Shown: in pieces, positions 1 through 12,115 of the stretch
Position numbering within the stretch: the first letter of the stretch is position 1
How the letters are laid out: each line of letters begins with the position of its first letter
NCBI GenBank assembly: GCA_965153355.1
Contig: OZ231126.1
Span: 28,458,001 to 28,522,000, forward strand
Length of the DNA: 64,000 nt
DNA from: Flaccisagitta enflata
Lineage: Eukaryota
Direction: 5' to 3'
Program-made: the position numbers and the translations under genes
Notes under the pieces: generated by a model
The model's input: only the letters and a program-made list of their open reading frames with translations
Database searches by the model: none
What the model was told of the DNA's origin: nothing

Positions 1-277
1 CAGATCTTTTCCTTTAATGATAATGTTAGTATCGTCTGCATAAACTTAAATCGATTATAAATGACTGGCGTAGATTTTTTAAGAGCAGCTGGCAGGTCAT
101 TGACATAGACAAGGAAGAGAAGTGGCCCAAGAATACTACCTTGAGGCACACCAACAAGCATTTTTTCCGATTTGCTTTTTACACCATATAAGTCCACATA
201 TTGTGTCCTGTCAGTGAGGTAAGATTTGATCCATACAAGCATTTTCCCCCTTATGCCATAGTGTTCAAGTTTCTTAA
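1..277 (-). pseudogene. Non-LTR retrotransposon (CR1/L2-group-like) reverse transcriptase, downstream part
   Basis: Minus strand reads KLEHYGIRGKMLVWIKSYLTDRTQYV...GVPQGSILGPLLFLVYVNDLP, then YADDTNII in a shifted frame (small insertion near 43-60). Continues in frame from the 889-1443 piece once the 278-888 insert is removed. Confidence 0.9.
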
Positions 278-888
278 GACGTCAAATCTGCCAGAAAAAA
301 ATTAGGTGCTTCACCCTACTTTTGCATCAATAATGGAATAATTATCCATCCACAAATGTTTTCTTTGCTCAAAGTGTCACATGATACACTTGATATGTAT
401 GTCTGTTTCTTATTTTACGCTTTAAGTCGCCTTTTGAAAAGCAATTCTCACAGAAAATGACAAGAAAATGAAGATTTTTAGGGAAATCTTGTTGACAATT
501 TCTTCTTTTTTCTGAGGTCGAAATTATAAGAAAGCCACACCTGAAAGAATTTTGCATTTTCAAAAACATAGTTCTCTCTAGAAATGATTTAGGAAGAGAA
601 CTATGTTCTTTGTTTTTTCTTTTTTTCATTTTCTATGCAAACTTATAATTTCGACCAACCCCTTGTCAGTGACAAAAAAGAAATTTGTAGAAATTTTCAG
701 TAAATCTTCTTCAGTAGTATAAGCTAAATCTGAGTCTCTTGCTAAATGGATGCAAATTTTGCTTTCAAATATCATGCAAGTCTTATCTCAATCACTTTTA
801 CTCACTTGCTTTCCTACATTCACTCATGTATTTTTTCTATTTTTACCAATTTTGATACCCTAAATGTTGGCTTCGAGGGCACGCTGTC
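278..888. mobile_element. 611-bp non-autonomous DNA element, GAC...GTC ends, 4-bp TSD (TTAA)
   Basis: TTAA at 274-277 and 889-892. Interrupts the LINE RT at ILFK/KLEHYG. Closely similar copy of the same length at 4974-5584. Confidence 0.85.
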
Positions 889-1443
889 TTAAAGAGGATA
901 TTGTTGTCTAGGGTATCAAAGGCCTTTGAGAGATCACAAAATATTCCTATTGCATACTCGTTTGATTGCAGGGCTTTTTCTACAGTTTGCAAGAAGTCAA
1001 GTGTGGCATGAGTCGTTTTATGGTTTCTTCTGAAGCCATACTGCGACTTGAAGAGTATTTGGTAACGGACCAGAAAATCAAATATCTTATTGTATACAAG
1101 TTTTTCTAGAATTTTTAAAAAGACAGGAAGTAAGGAAATGGGGCGATAGTTTCCATATTTGTGTTTGTTTCCCTTCTCCTTGTAGATTGGTAGGACCCTA
1201 GCAATTTTGGTCATGTCTGGGAAGGTTCCTATTTCAATGGAGCAGTTAGCAACATGTGCTATTTTCGAAGCTAGTATGTCAGCATCCCGTATGACTACTC
1301 CTTGAGATAGTCCATATGTGTCACAGCTTTTCTTTTTATTTATTTTATTGCAGGCAGTGAGAACATCATTCTCGTTGAACTTTCCCATTTCTAGGCTCTC
1401 TGGATTTTTTTGGCAATATTTTGACAGGAAGTAAGTCGCGTCT
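889..1443 (-). pseudogene. Non-LTR retrotransposon reverse transcriptase, upstream part
   Basis: ORF 843-1481 contains ARVLPIYK, NYRPISLL, QYGFR and DLSKAFDTL, which are LINE RT motifs. The 5' boundary is approximate. Confidence 0.9.
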
Positions 1444-1544
1444 TTGTGTGTCTCACCAACGCTTTGGTTTGTGTCATTCACTCATTCATTCTCATTCACT
1501 CACTCACTCACTCACTCACTCACTCATTCACTTCTTCAGGTAGG

Positions 1545-1684
1545 ACGAACGAAAGTCCCCCTGTGTTCTACAGGACTTTGTTCCCTTCGGGGCCGCTGCC
1601 CTGCTTCCCCTCACTCCAATTCACAATCACTAAAAGCAGGGCAACGGGTATCGCCGACCATATATTGCCCTTGGGCGACCTGTT
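1545..1684 (+). mobile_element. HINE family B, 3' portion
   Basis: AAAGTCCCCCTGTGTTCTACAGGAC...GGGGCCGCTGCCC...CGCCGACCA...TTGCCCTTGGGCGACCTGTT, shared with 19300-19410 and 37246-37725. Confidence 0.7.
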
Positions 1685-2265
1685 GGCATTGCTGCTCTTG
1701 CCCAAATATGGCCCCTGCCCACCTGCACGCGACTGGGGTAGTCGTGTATCCGACCTTGTTTGATTGCCATTTCTAAATGAATTAACGTAGATAGGTCTAG
1801 CTGGCGCCATTTTTAGATAATAGTTATGTTTCATTTTCTCTCTAATTTTTAATCTCGGACACACGACTCTACACCTTGGTCCATCGGTCTGTCAGTCCGT
1901 ATCAATTTTGAGTTGCGAGTGGGTTTCTTTTTACTGCATCTGCTCATCTGGATTGGCATGTATATGGTCTTGTTCTTAGTTTCCTTATGGCAAATACACT
2001 TTTTATTCTTTTTAAGAAACAAGGCCAAGTAGGCCAATAAGGTCCACGGGGTGGATCGTCGAACAAATGCGTCACCCAACCAATAGACCAATGACCAACC
2101 AACCAACCAACGGAGACAGCCTATTATAAAGGTGCTTTGACGCACCTAAAAACTAGAATTTCAAATTCTTCCAATTTACAGATTATAGGGATGCTCGCTC
2201 AAAATTGTCACCATTTTCAAATGAATAGAGCTACAACTTTCTGCTTGGCCTAGATTTGAAAAAAA

Positions 2266-2462
2266 AACAAGGACGGATACATGGCTAACCCAGACGCGTG
2301 CGCATGGGCAGGGGCCATATTTGAGGTCACCAGAGCATTTGGGCAGGCCAAAAAGCTCAAAAACGCCAAAAATAAAGGACGGACTGACGGGACCGACGGA
2401 CCGATAGACTTACCAACAGACCAATAAAGCGGGGTGTTGAGTTGCGTGCATGCGACTAAAAA
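2266..2462 (-). mobile_element. HINE family A short copy
   Basis: AACAAGG...GGATAC 3' end, GGAC/CGAC repeats and a GTTGCGTGCATGCGACTAAAAA 5' end. Confidence 0.75.
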
Positions 2463-2619
2463 CCTCTCTCTCTCTCTCTCTCTCCTTGAATGTTTAGGTC
2501 TTTTCACTTATCACTGATTGAGGCGCGACTTACTCTCATTGTCTCTTCGGAACCCTCTCTCTCTTTCACTCTCTCCAATTCTTCTTCTTACTTTCAAAAA
2601 CAACAACAACAAAATATCG

Positions 2620-2740
2620 CCTAAATTTGGCGCTAAAAAGGTGTCTTGTTGCGTTTCCGTTTCCGGTGAATCACGTGGTCCCTCGTTTCAGTCAACTCGT
2701 TAAACAACGGCCTGGTCCTGACTGAGTCAATATGGGTACT
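2620..2740. promoter_or_regulatory. Possible promoter/enhancer motif cluster
   Basis: TTTGGCGC (E2F-like), TTCCGG (ETS-like), CACGTG (E-box) and TGAGTCA (AP-1) within about 110 bp of non-repetitive sequence. No linked gene identified. Confidence 0.2.
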
Positions 2741-2789
2741 AAATTTCGCATTGAACATCAAGCAGAAATAAGAAAAAGAAGTTGATCAG

Positions 2790-4323
2790 TTTTTAGTCGC
2801 GTGCACGCGACTCTATAACCCACTCTGTCGGTCGGTCCGTCGGTCCGTCCGTCCGTAACACTTAGCTTCTTTTCGTCGTTTTACGTCATTTTAGGGTATT
2901 TTACGTCATTTTAAGTCATTTTAAGTCATTTTAAGTCATTTCCAGTCATTTTCAGTTAATTTTAATCACTTAAGTCATTTTGTCATTTTTTGTCATTTTT
3001 GTCATTTTGTGTTATCATAAGTCATTACAAGTCATTCTAAGACATTCTAAATCATTCTAAGTCACTCTAAGTTATTTTTTGGCTTTTGTAGTTTTTAGTA
3101 ACACTTTGCTTTTTTGCGTCGTTTTTGGTCATTTGGGTCGTCTGGAATTATTCTGAGTCATTTTTTTGTTGTTTTTGGTCATTTTTGGTTGCTTTTGGTC
3201 ATTCTTGGTTGCTTTTAATCATTTTTGGTTTAAGTCCGCTGGTTTAAGTCCGCTGATTAAGGTCTGCTAGTTTAGGTCTGCTGGTTAAGTCTGCTGGTTT
3301 AAGTCAGCTGGTTTAAGTTGGCTGGTTTAAGTCGGCTGGTTTAAGTTGACTGGTTTGAGTTGGCTGGTTTAGGACAGCTGGTTTAAGTCAGCTGGTTTAA
3401 GTTGGCTGGCTGGTTTAAGTTGGCTTGTTTAAGTTGGCTGGTTTAAGTTGGCTGGTTTAAGTTGGCTGGTTTAAGTCGGCTGGTTTAAGTCGGCTGGTTT
3501 AAGTCTGCTGGTTTAAGTCTGCTGGTTTAAGTCTGCTGGTTTAAGTCTGCTGGTTTAAGTCTGCTGGTTTAAGTCTTCTGGTTTAAGTCTTCTGGTTTAA
3601 GTCTGCTGGTTTAAGTCTGCTGGTTAAAGTCTGCTGGTTAAAGTTTGCTGGTTTAAGTCTGCTGGTTTAAGTCTGCTGGTTGAAGTTTGCTGGTTTAAGT
3701 CTGCTGGTTTAAGTCTGCTAGTTCAAGTCTGCTGGTTTAAGTCTGCTGGTTTAAGTCTGCTGGTTTAAGTCTGCTGGTTTAAGTCTGATGGTTTAAGTCT
3801 GCTGGTTTAAGTCTGCTGGTTTGGGTCTGCTGGTTTGGGTCTGGTTTTAGTCTGGTTTAACTCTGGTTTAACTCTGGTTTTAGTCTGGTTTAAGTCTGGT
3901 TGAAGTCTAGTTTGAGTCTGGTTTGAGTCTGGTTTGAGTCTGGTTTAGCTCTGGTTTGAGTCTGGCTTGAGTCTAGTTTAAGTCTGGTTTAAGTCTGGTT
4001 CATATCTGATTTATGTCTGGTTCAGGTATGGTTAAGGTCTGGTTTATGTCTGTTTTATGTCTGGTTTATGTCTGGTTCAAGTCTGGTTTAGGTCTGGTTT
4101 AGGTCTGGTTTTGGTCTGGTTTAATTCTGGTTTGAGTCTGGTTTGAGTCTGGTTTGAGTCTGGTTTGAGTCTGGTTAGAGTCTGGTTTGAGTCTGGTTTG
4201 GGTCTGGTTTGGGTCTGGTTTGGGTCTGGTTTCAGTCTGATTTTTGATAAAAAGATTCAATAAGGAGTCAGGTCAGTTCAGTTATTTTTGTCTCGCACGC
4301 GACTTATAGGTGTTGGCCTTGTT
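2790..4323 (+). mobile_element. HINE family A copy expanded by about 1.35 kb of internal minisatellites
   Basis: 5' TTTTTAGTCGCGTGCACGCGACT and GTCG/GTCC repeats, then arrays of GTCATTTTAA-like, GTCTGCTGGTTTAA and GTCTGGTTTRA units. 3' end GCACGCGACTTATAGGTGTTGGCCTTGTT. A short relative lies at 29806-30010 (-). Confidence 0.8.
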
Positions 4324-4869
4324 CTTTTTCATAGCTACTCATTCTTAATCGGCAAGGCACGCAAATTTGCCATATCCTTGTTCCTAAATGCTGCGGGGGC
4401 GTTTGTGTTTGTTTGATTGTAATGGTGGCGTCGGTCATGAATGATGAGGAGGATGAGGAGAAGATAACTGAACGCTTGCATTCAAATCCTCTATCTAATT
4501 GTCAAACGCTATTCTTAGAGAGGCTTTCTCCACCAAAACATCTGTCCGTCTGCCTGTTGGTCCATCCATCTATCCATCCATCCATCTTCCTAATTTCTGT
4601 CAGCCTGTAAAGGTGTAAAGCACAAAAGAAGACATTTCCTCCCTTGTCCTTCCCATCTGCAACTTTTTGGTAATCCTGGGCTACTGGTTTCTCTTCACGA
4701 TCTTTGACTTTTTAGTCACGTGCACACGACTCTACAACCCGCTTTGTCCATTGGTTGGTTGGTCGGTAGGTCGGTCGGTCGGTTGGTCCCCAGTTTACTT
4801 TTTTTATGATTTTATTTCTCTGACCTCACTGCTTATGGTATAGTGACCTCAAATATGGCCCCTGCCCAC

Positions 4870-6101
4870 TACGTCTGTTAAAGGCCCTGGAATTTCCGTT
4901 TCAGCCCAAAAACAGTTAAACTAGCCCATGAGCAAGTTTGATTTCATTTGGCAACCTTCTTTAGGGTGCGTATGACGTCAAATCTGCCTGAAAAAAATGA
5001 AGTGCTTCAGCCCACTTTTGCATCAATAATGGATCAATTATCCATCCACAAATGTTTTCTTTGCTCAAGTTGTCACTTGATACACTTGATATGTATGTCT
5101 GTTTCATATTTTACGCTTTTAGTCGCCTTTAGAAAAGCATTTCTCACGGAAAATAACTAGAAAATGAAGATTTTTAGAGAAATCTTGTTGACATTTTTTT
5201 CTATTTTCTGAGGTCGAAATTATAAGAAAGCCACACCTAGAAGAATTTTGCATTTTAAAAAACATAGTTCTCTCTAGAAACGATTTGGGAAGAGAACTAT
5301 GTTCTTCGTTTTTTCATTTTTTGATTTTCTATGCAAAATTATAATTTCGACCAAGCCCTTGTCAGTGACAAAAAAGAAATTTGTGGAAATTTTCAGTAAA
5401 TTTTCTTCAGTAGTATAAGCTAAATCTGAGTCTCTTGCTAAATGGATGCAAATTTTGCTTTCAAATATCATGCATGTGTTATCTCCATCACTTTTATTCA
5501 CTTGTTTTTCTATTTTCACTCATGTATGTTTTCCTATTTTACTAATTTTGATACCCTAAATGTTGGCTTCGTGGGCACGCTGTCGTATATAGGTTAAGAA
5601 TAGGACAAGGTTTTTGGCCCTTTTTGTTTTGATATCCCTGTAGAAATTGCTGCAGTGACGCCAAACTTGACCTGGACAAGCCCCAAGTGATTATCAACAT
5701 GTTAACCAAGCAACGCAGATTTTTTATGTTGCTAAGTATGAATTTATACAGTAAAATACTATCAAAATATGCAAACTTTTTGGCCCTTTTTCGTATGATA
5801 CTTTTACAAAAATTGCTAAAGTATCTTCAAAATTGACAAGGGTCAGCCCAGAAAAAACATTTACATACAAACCAAGCAAAAAATGATTTTTAATTTTGCC
5901 AAGTATGGATTCATACAGTAGAATACTGTTAAAATTAGCTTTTTGCCCTTATTTTGGTAAAACTATATACGCACCCTAAAGAAGGTTGCCGAATAAATTC
6001 AAATTTGTTCATGGGTTATTTTGACTTTTGTTGGGCGACCTCACAATATGCACTGCCCAAATTGGGCTGAAACGGAAGTTCCAGGGCCTTTAACAGACAT
6101 A
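4870..6101. mobile_element. hAT-like MITE, 8-bp TSD
   Basis: TIR TAYGTCTGTTAAAGGCCCTGGAAYTTCCGTTTCAGCCCA. TSD CTGCCCAC (4862-4869) / CCGCCCAC (6102-6109). Confidence 0.8.
4974..5584. mobile_element. Second copy of the 611-bp GAC...GTC element, 4-bp TSD (GTAT)
   Basis: GTAT at 4970-4973 and 5585-5588. The empty site GGGTGCGTATATAG is confirmed by the opposite inverted arm of the host MITE (CTATATACGCACCC near 5963-5976). Confidence 0.85.
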
Positions 6102-6206
6102 CCGCCCACTCCCACGCGACTTTGGCAGCCGTGTATCCGGCCTTGTTTTAGTCGCGAGCCAAATGACTGTAACTCGCAGTGTCTTTTGGTCTGTTTAACC
6201 ATCCAT

Positions 6207-6211
6207 TTTTT

Positions 6212-6273
<62 letters not shown>

Positions 6274-6303
6274 TTTCTCTCTTTTTTTCTTTTTTTCTTT
6301 TTT

Positions 6304-6391
<88 letters not shown>

Positions 6392-6405
6392 TTTTTTTTT
6401 CTTTC
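6207..6405. repeat. (TTTC)n microsatellite
   Basis: Direct inspection. Confidence 0.95.
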
Positions 6406-6505
6406 ATTCTCCAACGGAATCAGAGGAGCCATAAATCAAGACTACCTAAGTTGGGCAGTTCATTGACCAGGGTACCTAAAAAAGCCCTGACGAAAACAAA
6501 CAATT

Positions 6506-6594
<89 letters not shown>

Positions 6595-7679
6595 CACAAT
6601 TACACACAGGGTTCAGGGTTCAGGGTTCAGGGTTCTGTGTAGTTTGTAGTTACTATTTGTGTGATTGTTTGTATCTGTCGCATTAACATGCTGACGAAGT
6701 AAAATACCGCATTATGGACCAAACTCGTTTCATCCACTGAATACAAATTTACCGACCTATGCGGAGGGTAAACAAGGGTGAGTTTATCTCTCACTGAATC
6801 GCGAATGGACGTAAAGCATCAATCCTCTAATGCATGAACAGAGCTTAGGCATTAGAGGTAAGTATTCTCTGAAGAAACTTCCTGCGCGCTATCCAACGTT
6901 AGCCGTCGTTGAGACACTAATCTTTCAGTATGAATTTTAAAAAGTGAACAATATTAAAAAAAAAATTTGAAAACATTGTCAGACTCACAAGAAAAAGCAT
7001 TATTTGAAATAGGACGATATGTTTTAGTCATCAAAAAATCGGTACAACAATAAACCAAAGTATAAGGAGCATTTTAATCAAAACAAACTTTTTCCCTGGA
7101 AAAAATCACTATACTCACACAAGAGCCATGTCTTTGGTTTGAATTTTTTAAAGATCTGTCATCAAAAATACAATAAGAAATATCCGATGATTCATTGAGC
7201 AAAATTTGGGTTTTATTCAATGTTGAAAAAACATTGTAAAAAATAAACTAAATATTAAAAGAACTATTAGGCCAACTTTGACTATTATAAAATTGCTTAA
7301 AATGGGCATACTTGTACCCATGATATATCTTCACATAATTCCAAAAGCTCAGCCCACTCCCAGCTGTCGGATAGCGTCGCAAACCTGTTAAGTAGGATGC
7401 TATCAGTCAAAAAGTCAGTAGATGCACAAAGTAATTTCTATGTTTAAGTTTAGTCAGCCGCTCTTACTGACATCCCTAAAATGGATTCCGTTGATTTTTT
7501 TTTGTCTATCTGTTTGTCTTTCTTTTGTCTATCTTTTTGTCTATTGGTCTGCCAGGCGTGCATGGAGTAACGAGTAGTTGCATAGGAAGTTGAATTTGTT
7601 TCCACAGGCTTTCGAGACCATGATTTTATCTTCTTTTTTATCGGCATCTTCTTCTTTTTTATGGACGGCTTCTTCTCCT

Positions 7680-8428
7680 TTTGGGCAGCGGCCCCGAAGG
7701 GGCTTCTTTGACCTAGTCATCTTTATCCTCTTTTTCATCATCTTCTTCTTCTTTTTCTCATCATCTTCTTCTTCTCTTTCATCGCAATCTTCTTCTTCTC
7801 TTTCATCGCCATCTTCTTCTTCCTTCCATCTTCATCCTTCTTCTTCTTCTTCTTCTTCTTCTTCTTCTTCTTCTTCTTCTTCTCAAGGCCCAAATCCCAG
7901 CATTGAGGCCTAAATCCCAGCCTCAAGGCCCAAATCCCAGCCTCAAGGCCCAAATCCCAGCCTCAAGGCCCAAATCCCAGCCTAGAGGCCCAAATCCCAG
8001 CCTCAAGGCCCAAATCCCAGCCTCAAGGCCCAAATCCCAGCCTCAAGGCCCAAATCCCAGCCTCAAGGCCTAAATCCCAGCCTCAAGGCCCAAATCACAG
8101 CCTCAGGCCCTACAGCCAAGGCCCAAATCACAGCCTCGAGGCTCAAACCCCAACCTCGAGGCACAAATCTTAGCCTCCAGGCTCAAACCCCAACCTTGAG
8201 GCTCAAATCCCAGTCTCAAGGCTCAAATCTCAGCCACAAGGCTAAAATCCCCGCCTCTTAGCTCAAATCCCAGCTTCAATGCCCCAATTCCAGCCTCCAG
8301 GCTCAAATAAAAACAGCATAGGTCATCGGCTCCTTCGGGGCCGCTGCCCCTCTCACCACCTCACACCCTCATACACTCACATAGGGGCAACGGGTACCGC
8401 TGACCATCTAACGCTTTTGCGACTATTT
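7680..8428 (+). mobile_element. HINE family B copy with 20-bp tandem array (CCTCAAGGCCCAAATCCCAG)n
   Basis: 5' TTTTGGGCAGCGGCCCCGAAGGGG, inverted GGGGCCGCTGCCC near 8337, 3' CCGCTGACCA plus hairpin CGCTTTTGCG and ACTATTT. Confidence 0.75.
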
Positions 8429-9383
8429 TTCATTGCCACCTTCTTCTTCTTCTTTGTCCTAGTCATCTTTATCCTCTTTTTCATCATCTTCTTCTTCTTT
8501 TTCATCATCATCTTCTTCTTCTCTTTCATCGCAATCTTCTTCTTCTCTTTCATCGCCATCTTCTTCTTCTCTTCCATCGTCATCTTCTTCTTCTTCTTCT
8601 TCTTCTTCTTCTTCTTCTTCTTCTTCTTCTTCTTCTTCTTCTTCTTCTTCTTCTTCTTCTCTTTCATCGTCTTCTTCTTCTTCTTCTTCTTCTTCTTCTT
8701 CTATTTTTTGTCGAAATCTACCCTGTAATGCAACATCAAAGACTACACTGAAGTTTCAAAGAGAGAAACAGATTCCATCTTGTTACCACTGACGGAAAAA
8801 ATGGCGGCAAAATAATCAAGGGTAGTACTGACGAAAACAAGTGTGATTTTGAATTTCGGTTTTGCCAAAAAGGCACAGTTCTCTAATTTTCCGCACAATT
8901 TTTCACGAGGAATTCAAAAATCGTGGTCTCAAGAGCCTGGGACAACGTCTTGGGGATCTTATGAGAAAACTTATTAGAGGAAGTAAAAGATAATTCATTT
9001 TTGAAAAAATCCTCATATAGGTGATAAATATTTGCGGTTGTAATACTTTTAGGTAGAAACTTGAAAAAATCGATTACCTCTGCCACTCTCATCTTCACTC
9101 CAGCTCCTACTCCACCTTATGACAAATTAAGTGATTTCGATTGAGAAATCATTTCTATCCAGGGGGGGGGGAGCTTCTAAAGTTTATATTTTCGAAACAA
9201 ATTGAGCTAGTGACCTTAACTTAGGCTCATTTTAAAGGGCAGACACAGGTCTTTGGAATGAGCTTAAGTTGAGATTAATAGCTCGATTTGTTTAGAAGAA
9301 AGCATCCTCCAAAGTAGATGTGGTTTTAGTAAAATGCCAGAAGGTGTAGATGTGTGGGCGTGTGCGTGTGTGTGTGTGGCCAT

Positions 9384-9991
9384 CAGATAACCATGTCAAA
9401 ATAAAAAATGGCACACTCATCTTTAAGTGCAAGTTTAATCGCTCTCTTTGAATTAAACTATAGAAAATTAGTGACGGTTAGAAAGATATTCAAAGCAGAA
9501 TATTGTGAGTTTTTTTGTTTAAAAATGACAATTGAATGAAGTTGATTACTCTGCTTTCGCCAAAGTACATCATTCAATCATCAGAATTTTTCTCGTTTTT
9601 CTATGTATCAATGAAAATACTTGAGCAAATAAAAAAAAATTCATGAAGAAAAAAAAAAAATTAGAAAATTTTCTTCAAAATGGCGCCAAGCAGAAATTTT
9701 TAACTTGATTCGTTTAGAAGTTATGATTAAATGGAAATAAAAGGTACAGTTCAAAGTGATATGATAAAAAAGTGATACACTCTTTCTGGCAGTAAGCAAA
9801 ATTGACCTTTTTTCTTTATATCATTGTAATTTCTAAAGTTTTAGAGCTACAACATTCTGAGACCACTCAAATGATAGATTTTTTGAAGCTCTTTAAGATG
9901 CTTACTGATTTTTCTTAGTTTCACTTCTTATGAACGAACCGAGAGGCGTTAAAAAGATGTGCCATTTTTTGGGGGGGGTCATGGTTATTTA
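9384..9991. mobile_element. MITE (superfamily unresolved)
   Basis: Inverted ends ATAACCATG...AAAAAATGGCACA / TGTGCCATTTTTT...CATGGTTAT. TSD unclear. Confidence 0.5.
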
Positions 9992-10298
9992 GCGAAGTAA
10001 GCACAACGGAACTTTCATTCGTCCATCTATCCATCGGGTTTGAGGTCTGAGAGGGCAGATTTGAGGCCTGAGAGCATAATTGAGGTTTGAGGGCTTTATT
10101 GATGGTTAAGAAGCCAAATTTGAAGCCTGAGAAGGAAGATTTGAAGCCTGAGAGGGCAGATTTGAAGCCTGAAAGGCCTGATTTGGGTTTTAAGGACTGA
10201 GAAGACAGATTTCAGGCCTGAGAGGGCAGATTTCAGCCCAAAGAGCGCAGATCTCTGCCCTGAGAGGACATATTTCAGGCTAGAGGGCAAATTTTGTG

Positions 10299-10885
10299 CC
10301 TACTCAAAATTAAACGAACTGGAAAAATGAGCAAAATTGAGAGTAAAAATGCACTGAGAGGGATGAAATTTGACACAGAGAAAGCTAAAACATAGTACTT
10401 TCGCAAACCAAGGCCAAATAGAGCATTTGTACCAGTGTGTGGCCTAGGTTGTGTGCTATGTCAAAATGGTGATGGAAGACTTTGACTGATTTTGACAAGA
10501 AATCTTTTTCATGAGGAGATGGCATAAACATTCTCTTTTTTCCCACCTGAGTGGGGAGAAAACCGCTCTTCCCGAGTTCTTATATAACTACCAATCAACA
10601 ATGACGCATTGGGTATAAAGATCAGCCCCACAAAGTATGTGAATCCCTTGACAAATAAGTTGGTTTCACCGGTCAATTTGGAACATCCATAAAAAATACA
10701 TTAGCATGATATCATTCGAAAGGAGAGAAAAGGAGCTATTGGTTGAAATTTGTTGGACAATTTTTGTGAAACCCTGCTAGAAATTACATATTTTAGACTT
10801 ACCTTTTAACTCAGGCTCTTAATTAGTAATTTATTAAGCATTTACAGATTTGCTTTTATCCCAGTTCGCCTAATTTTGAGAGGGG
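10299..10885. mobile_element. MITE inserted in a degraded HINE-B array
   Basis: TIR CTCAAAATTAAACGAACTGG / CCAGTTCGCCTAATTTTGAG. Flanked by 21-bp TGAGAGGGCAGATTT units and the HINE-B inverted repeat at 10925-10980. Confidence 0.55.
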
Positions 10886-12068
10886 TGTTAGGACAGATTT
10901 CTGGCCTTAGACGGATGGATGGACAAACAAAAGTCCCACTGTGTTCTTCAGAACTTTATCCCCTTCAGTGCCGCTGCCCTAAAGGGCTGATTTTAGAGGG
11001 CAGATTTTGGGTCTGAAAAGTCTATACGAAGCCAAAGATGACAGCTAGGCACTGGTAGGAATTTGGTATTGAATAAATTGGCAGGAGAACCTTGGCTATC
11101 TAACATTGACTATCCCAATCAATTGTCCGCTAAGCCAATTGGTCCATCGGTCCATACCTGTTAATTTTTTCAGCGTGCACAGGTGGTTTTTGCTTGACAG
11201 CTCCAACCAAAATGCTTGGCCAAGGTCAAAGTCCCAGCCTCAAAGCCTGTATCTGAGCCTCAAGCATAAAATCTACTCCTGAGGCCCAAATACAAGCTTG
11301 AAAGCTCAATTCCCAGCCCTAAGGCCCAAATTTCTAGTCCCAAGGCCTAAATCTCCACCCAAAGGCAGCATTCTTTCTTGTATTTTCAACTTGAGCATGA
11401 CGGATGGACCAACAGACCGGATACACGGCTACCCCAGTCGCATGCGGGTGGGCAGGGGCTGTTTGAGGTCACTTGCTCATTTGGGCAGGAGCAGTGAGAC
11501 CAAAGACCGCTAAAACCCATAAAAATAAAGTGTGCCTGACGGATGGATGGATAGACAGACAGACAGACAAATGAACAGATGGACCCACAGAGCGGGGTGT
11601 AGAGTCGCGTAGCCCGTGACTAAAAATCAATGCCTTGCTTGACGGTTCAATGGATCTCTACTTTTTATCCTGAAAAAGAAATTGCAGAAATGAAAAAGCT
11701 TTTGATATCATGCAGGTCCACGCTTGAATCTGGGAAAGCATTAATTTGAATAAACTTTCAATTGATTCATCATGTATTTATCCTGAACTCTTCATGATCA
11801 ACAGATTTCCACGATAGCGATGAGCCGTGAGCCATTGACTTAACGTGGGTGCGCAGAAAATAAAAAAGCGTTTCATTCAGCGCCACGCTTAAAAGAGAGA
11901 AATGAGAGGAAGGAGAGGTATGAGAGAAACTTTGACAGCTTTTAAAGACCATTGATCAAAAACCCTCATTCATTCCATAAAATCATCATGATCTCAATTG
12001 ACCTCAGTGTCAATGAGCAAAATGAATATGCCAATCGCTTAGCGCAGGTTAGCGCATAAGTATGGTTG

Positions 12069-12112
<44 letters not shown>

Positions 12113-12115
<3 letters not shown>

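Larger units (their letters stand above)
4709..6148 (+). mobile_element. HINE family A copy split by nested insertions
   Basis: 5' end TTTTTAGTCACGTGCACACGACT. The 3' end CACGCGACTTTGGCAGCCGTGTATCCGGCCTTGTT resumes after 6109. Confidence 0.8.

Noticed and set aside
274-892. piggyBac assignment for the 611-bp element because of the TTAA duplication
   Set aside because: The second copy duplicates GTAT and the ends are GAC/GTC rather than CC/GG.
3230-4235. GGTTTAAG-rich arrays as telomeric or subtelomeric repeats
   Set aside because: Units are 11 and 14 bp and lie between the ends of a HINE.
6607-6635. (CAGGGTT)x4 telomere-like repeat
   Set aside because: Only four units of a non-canonical 7-mer, which is insufficient to call an interstitial telomere.
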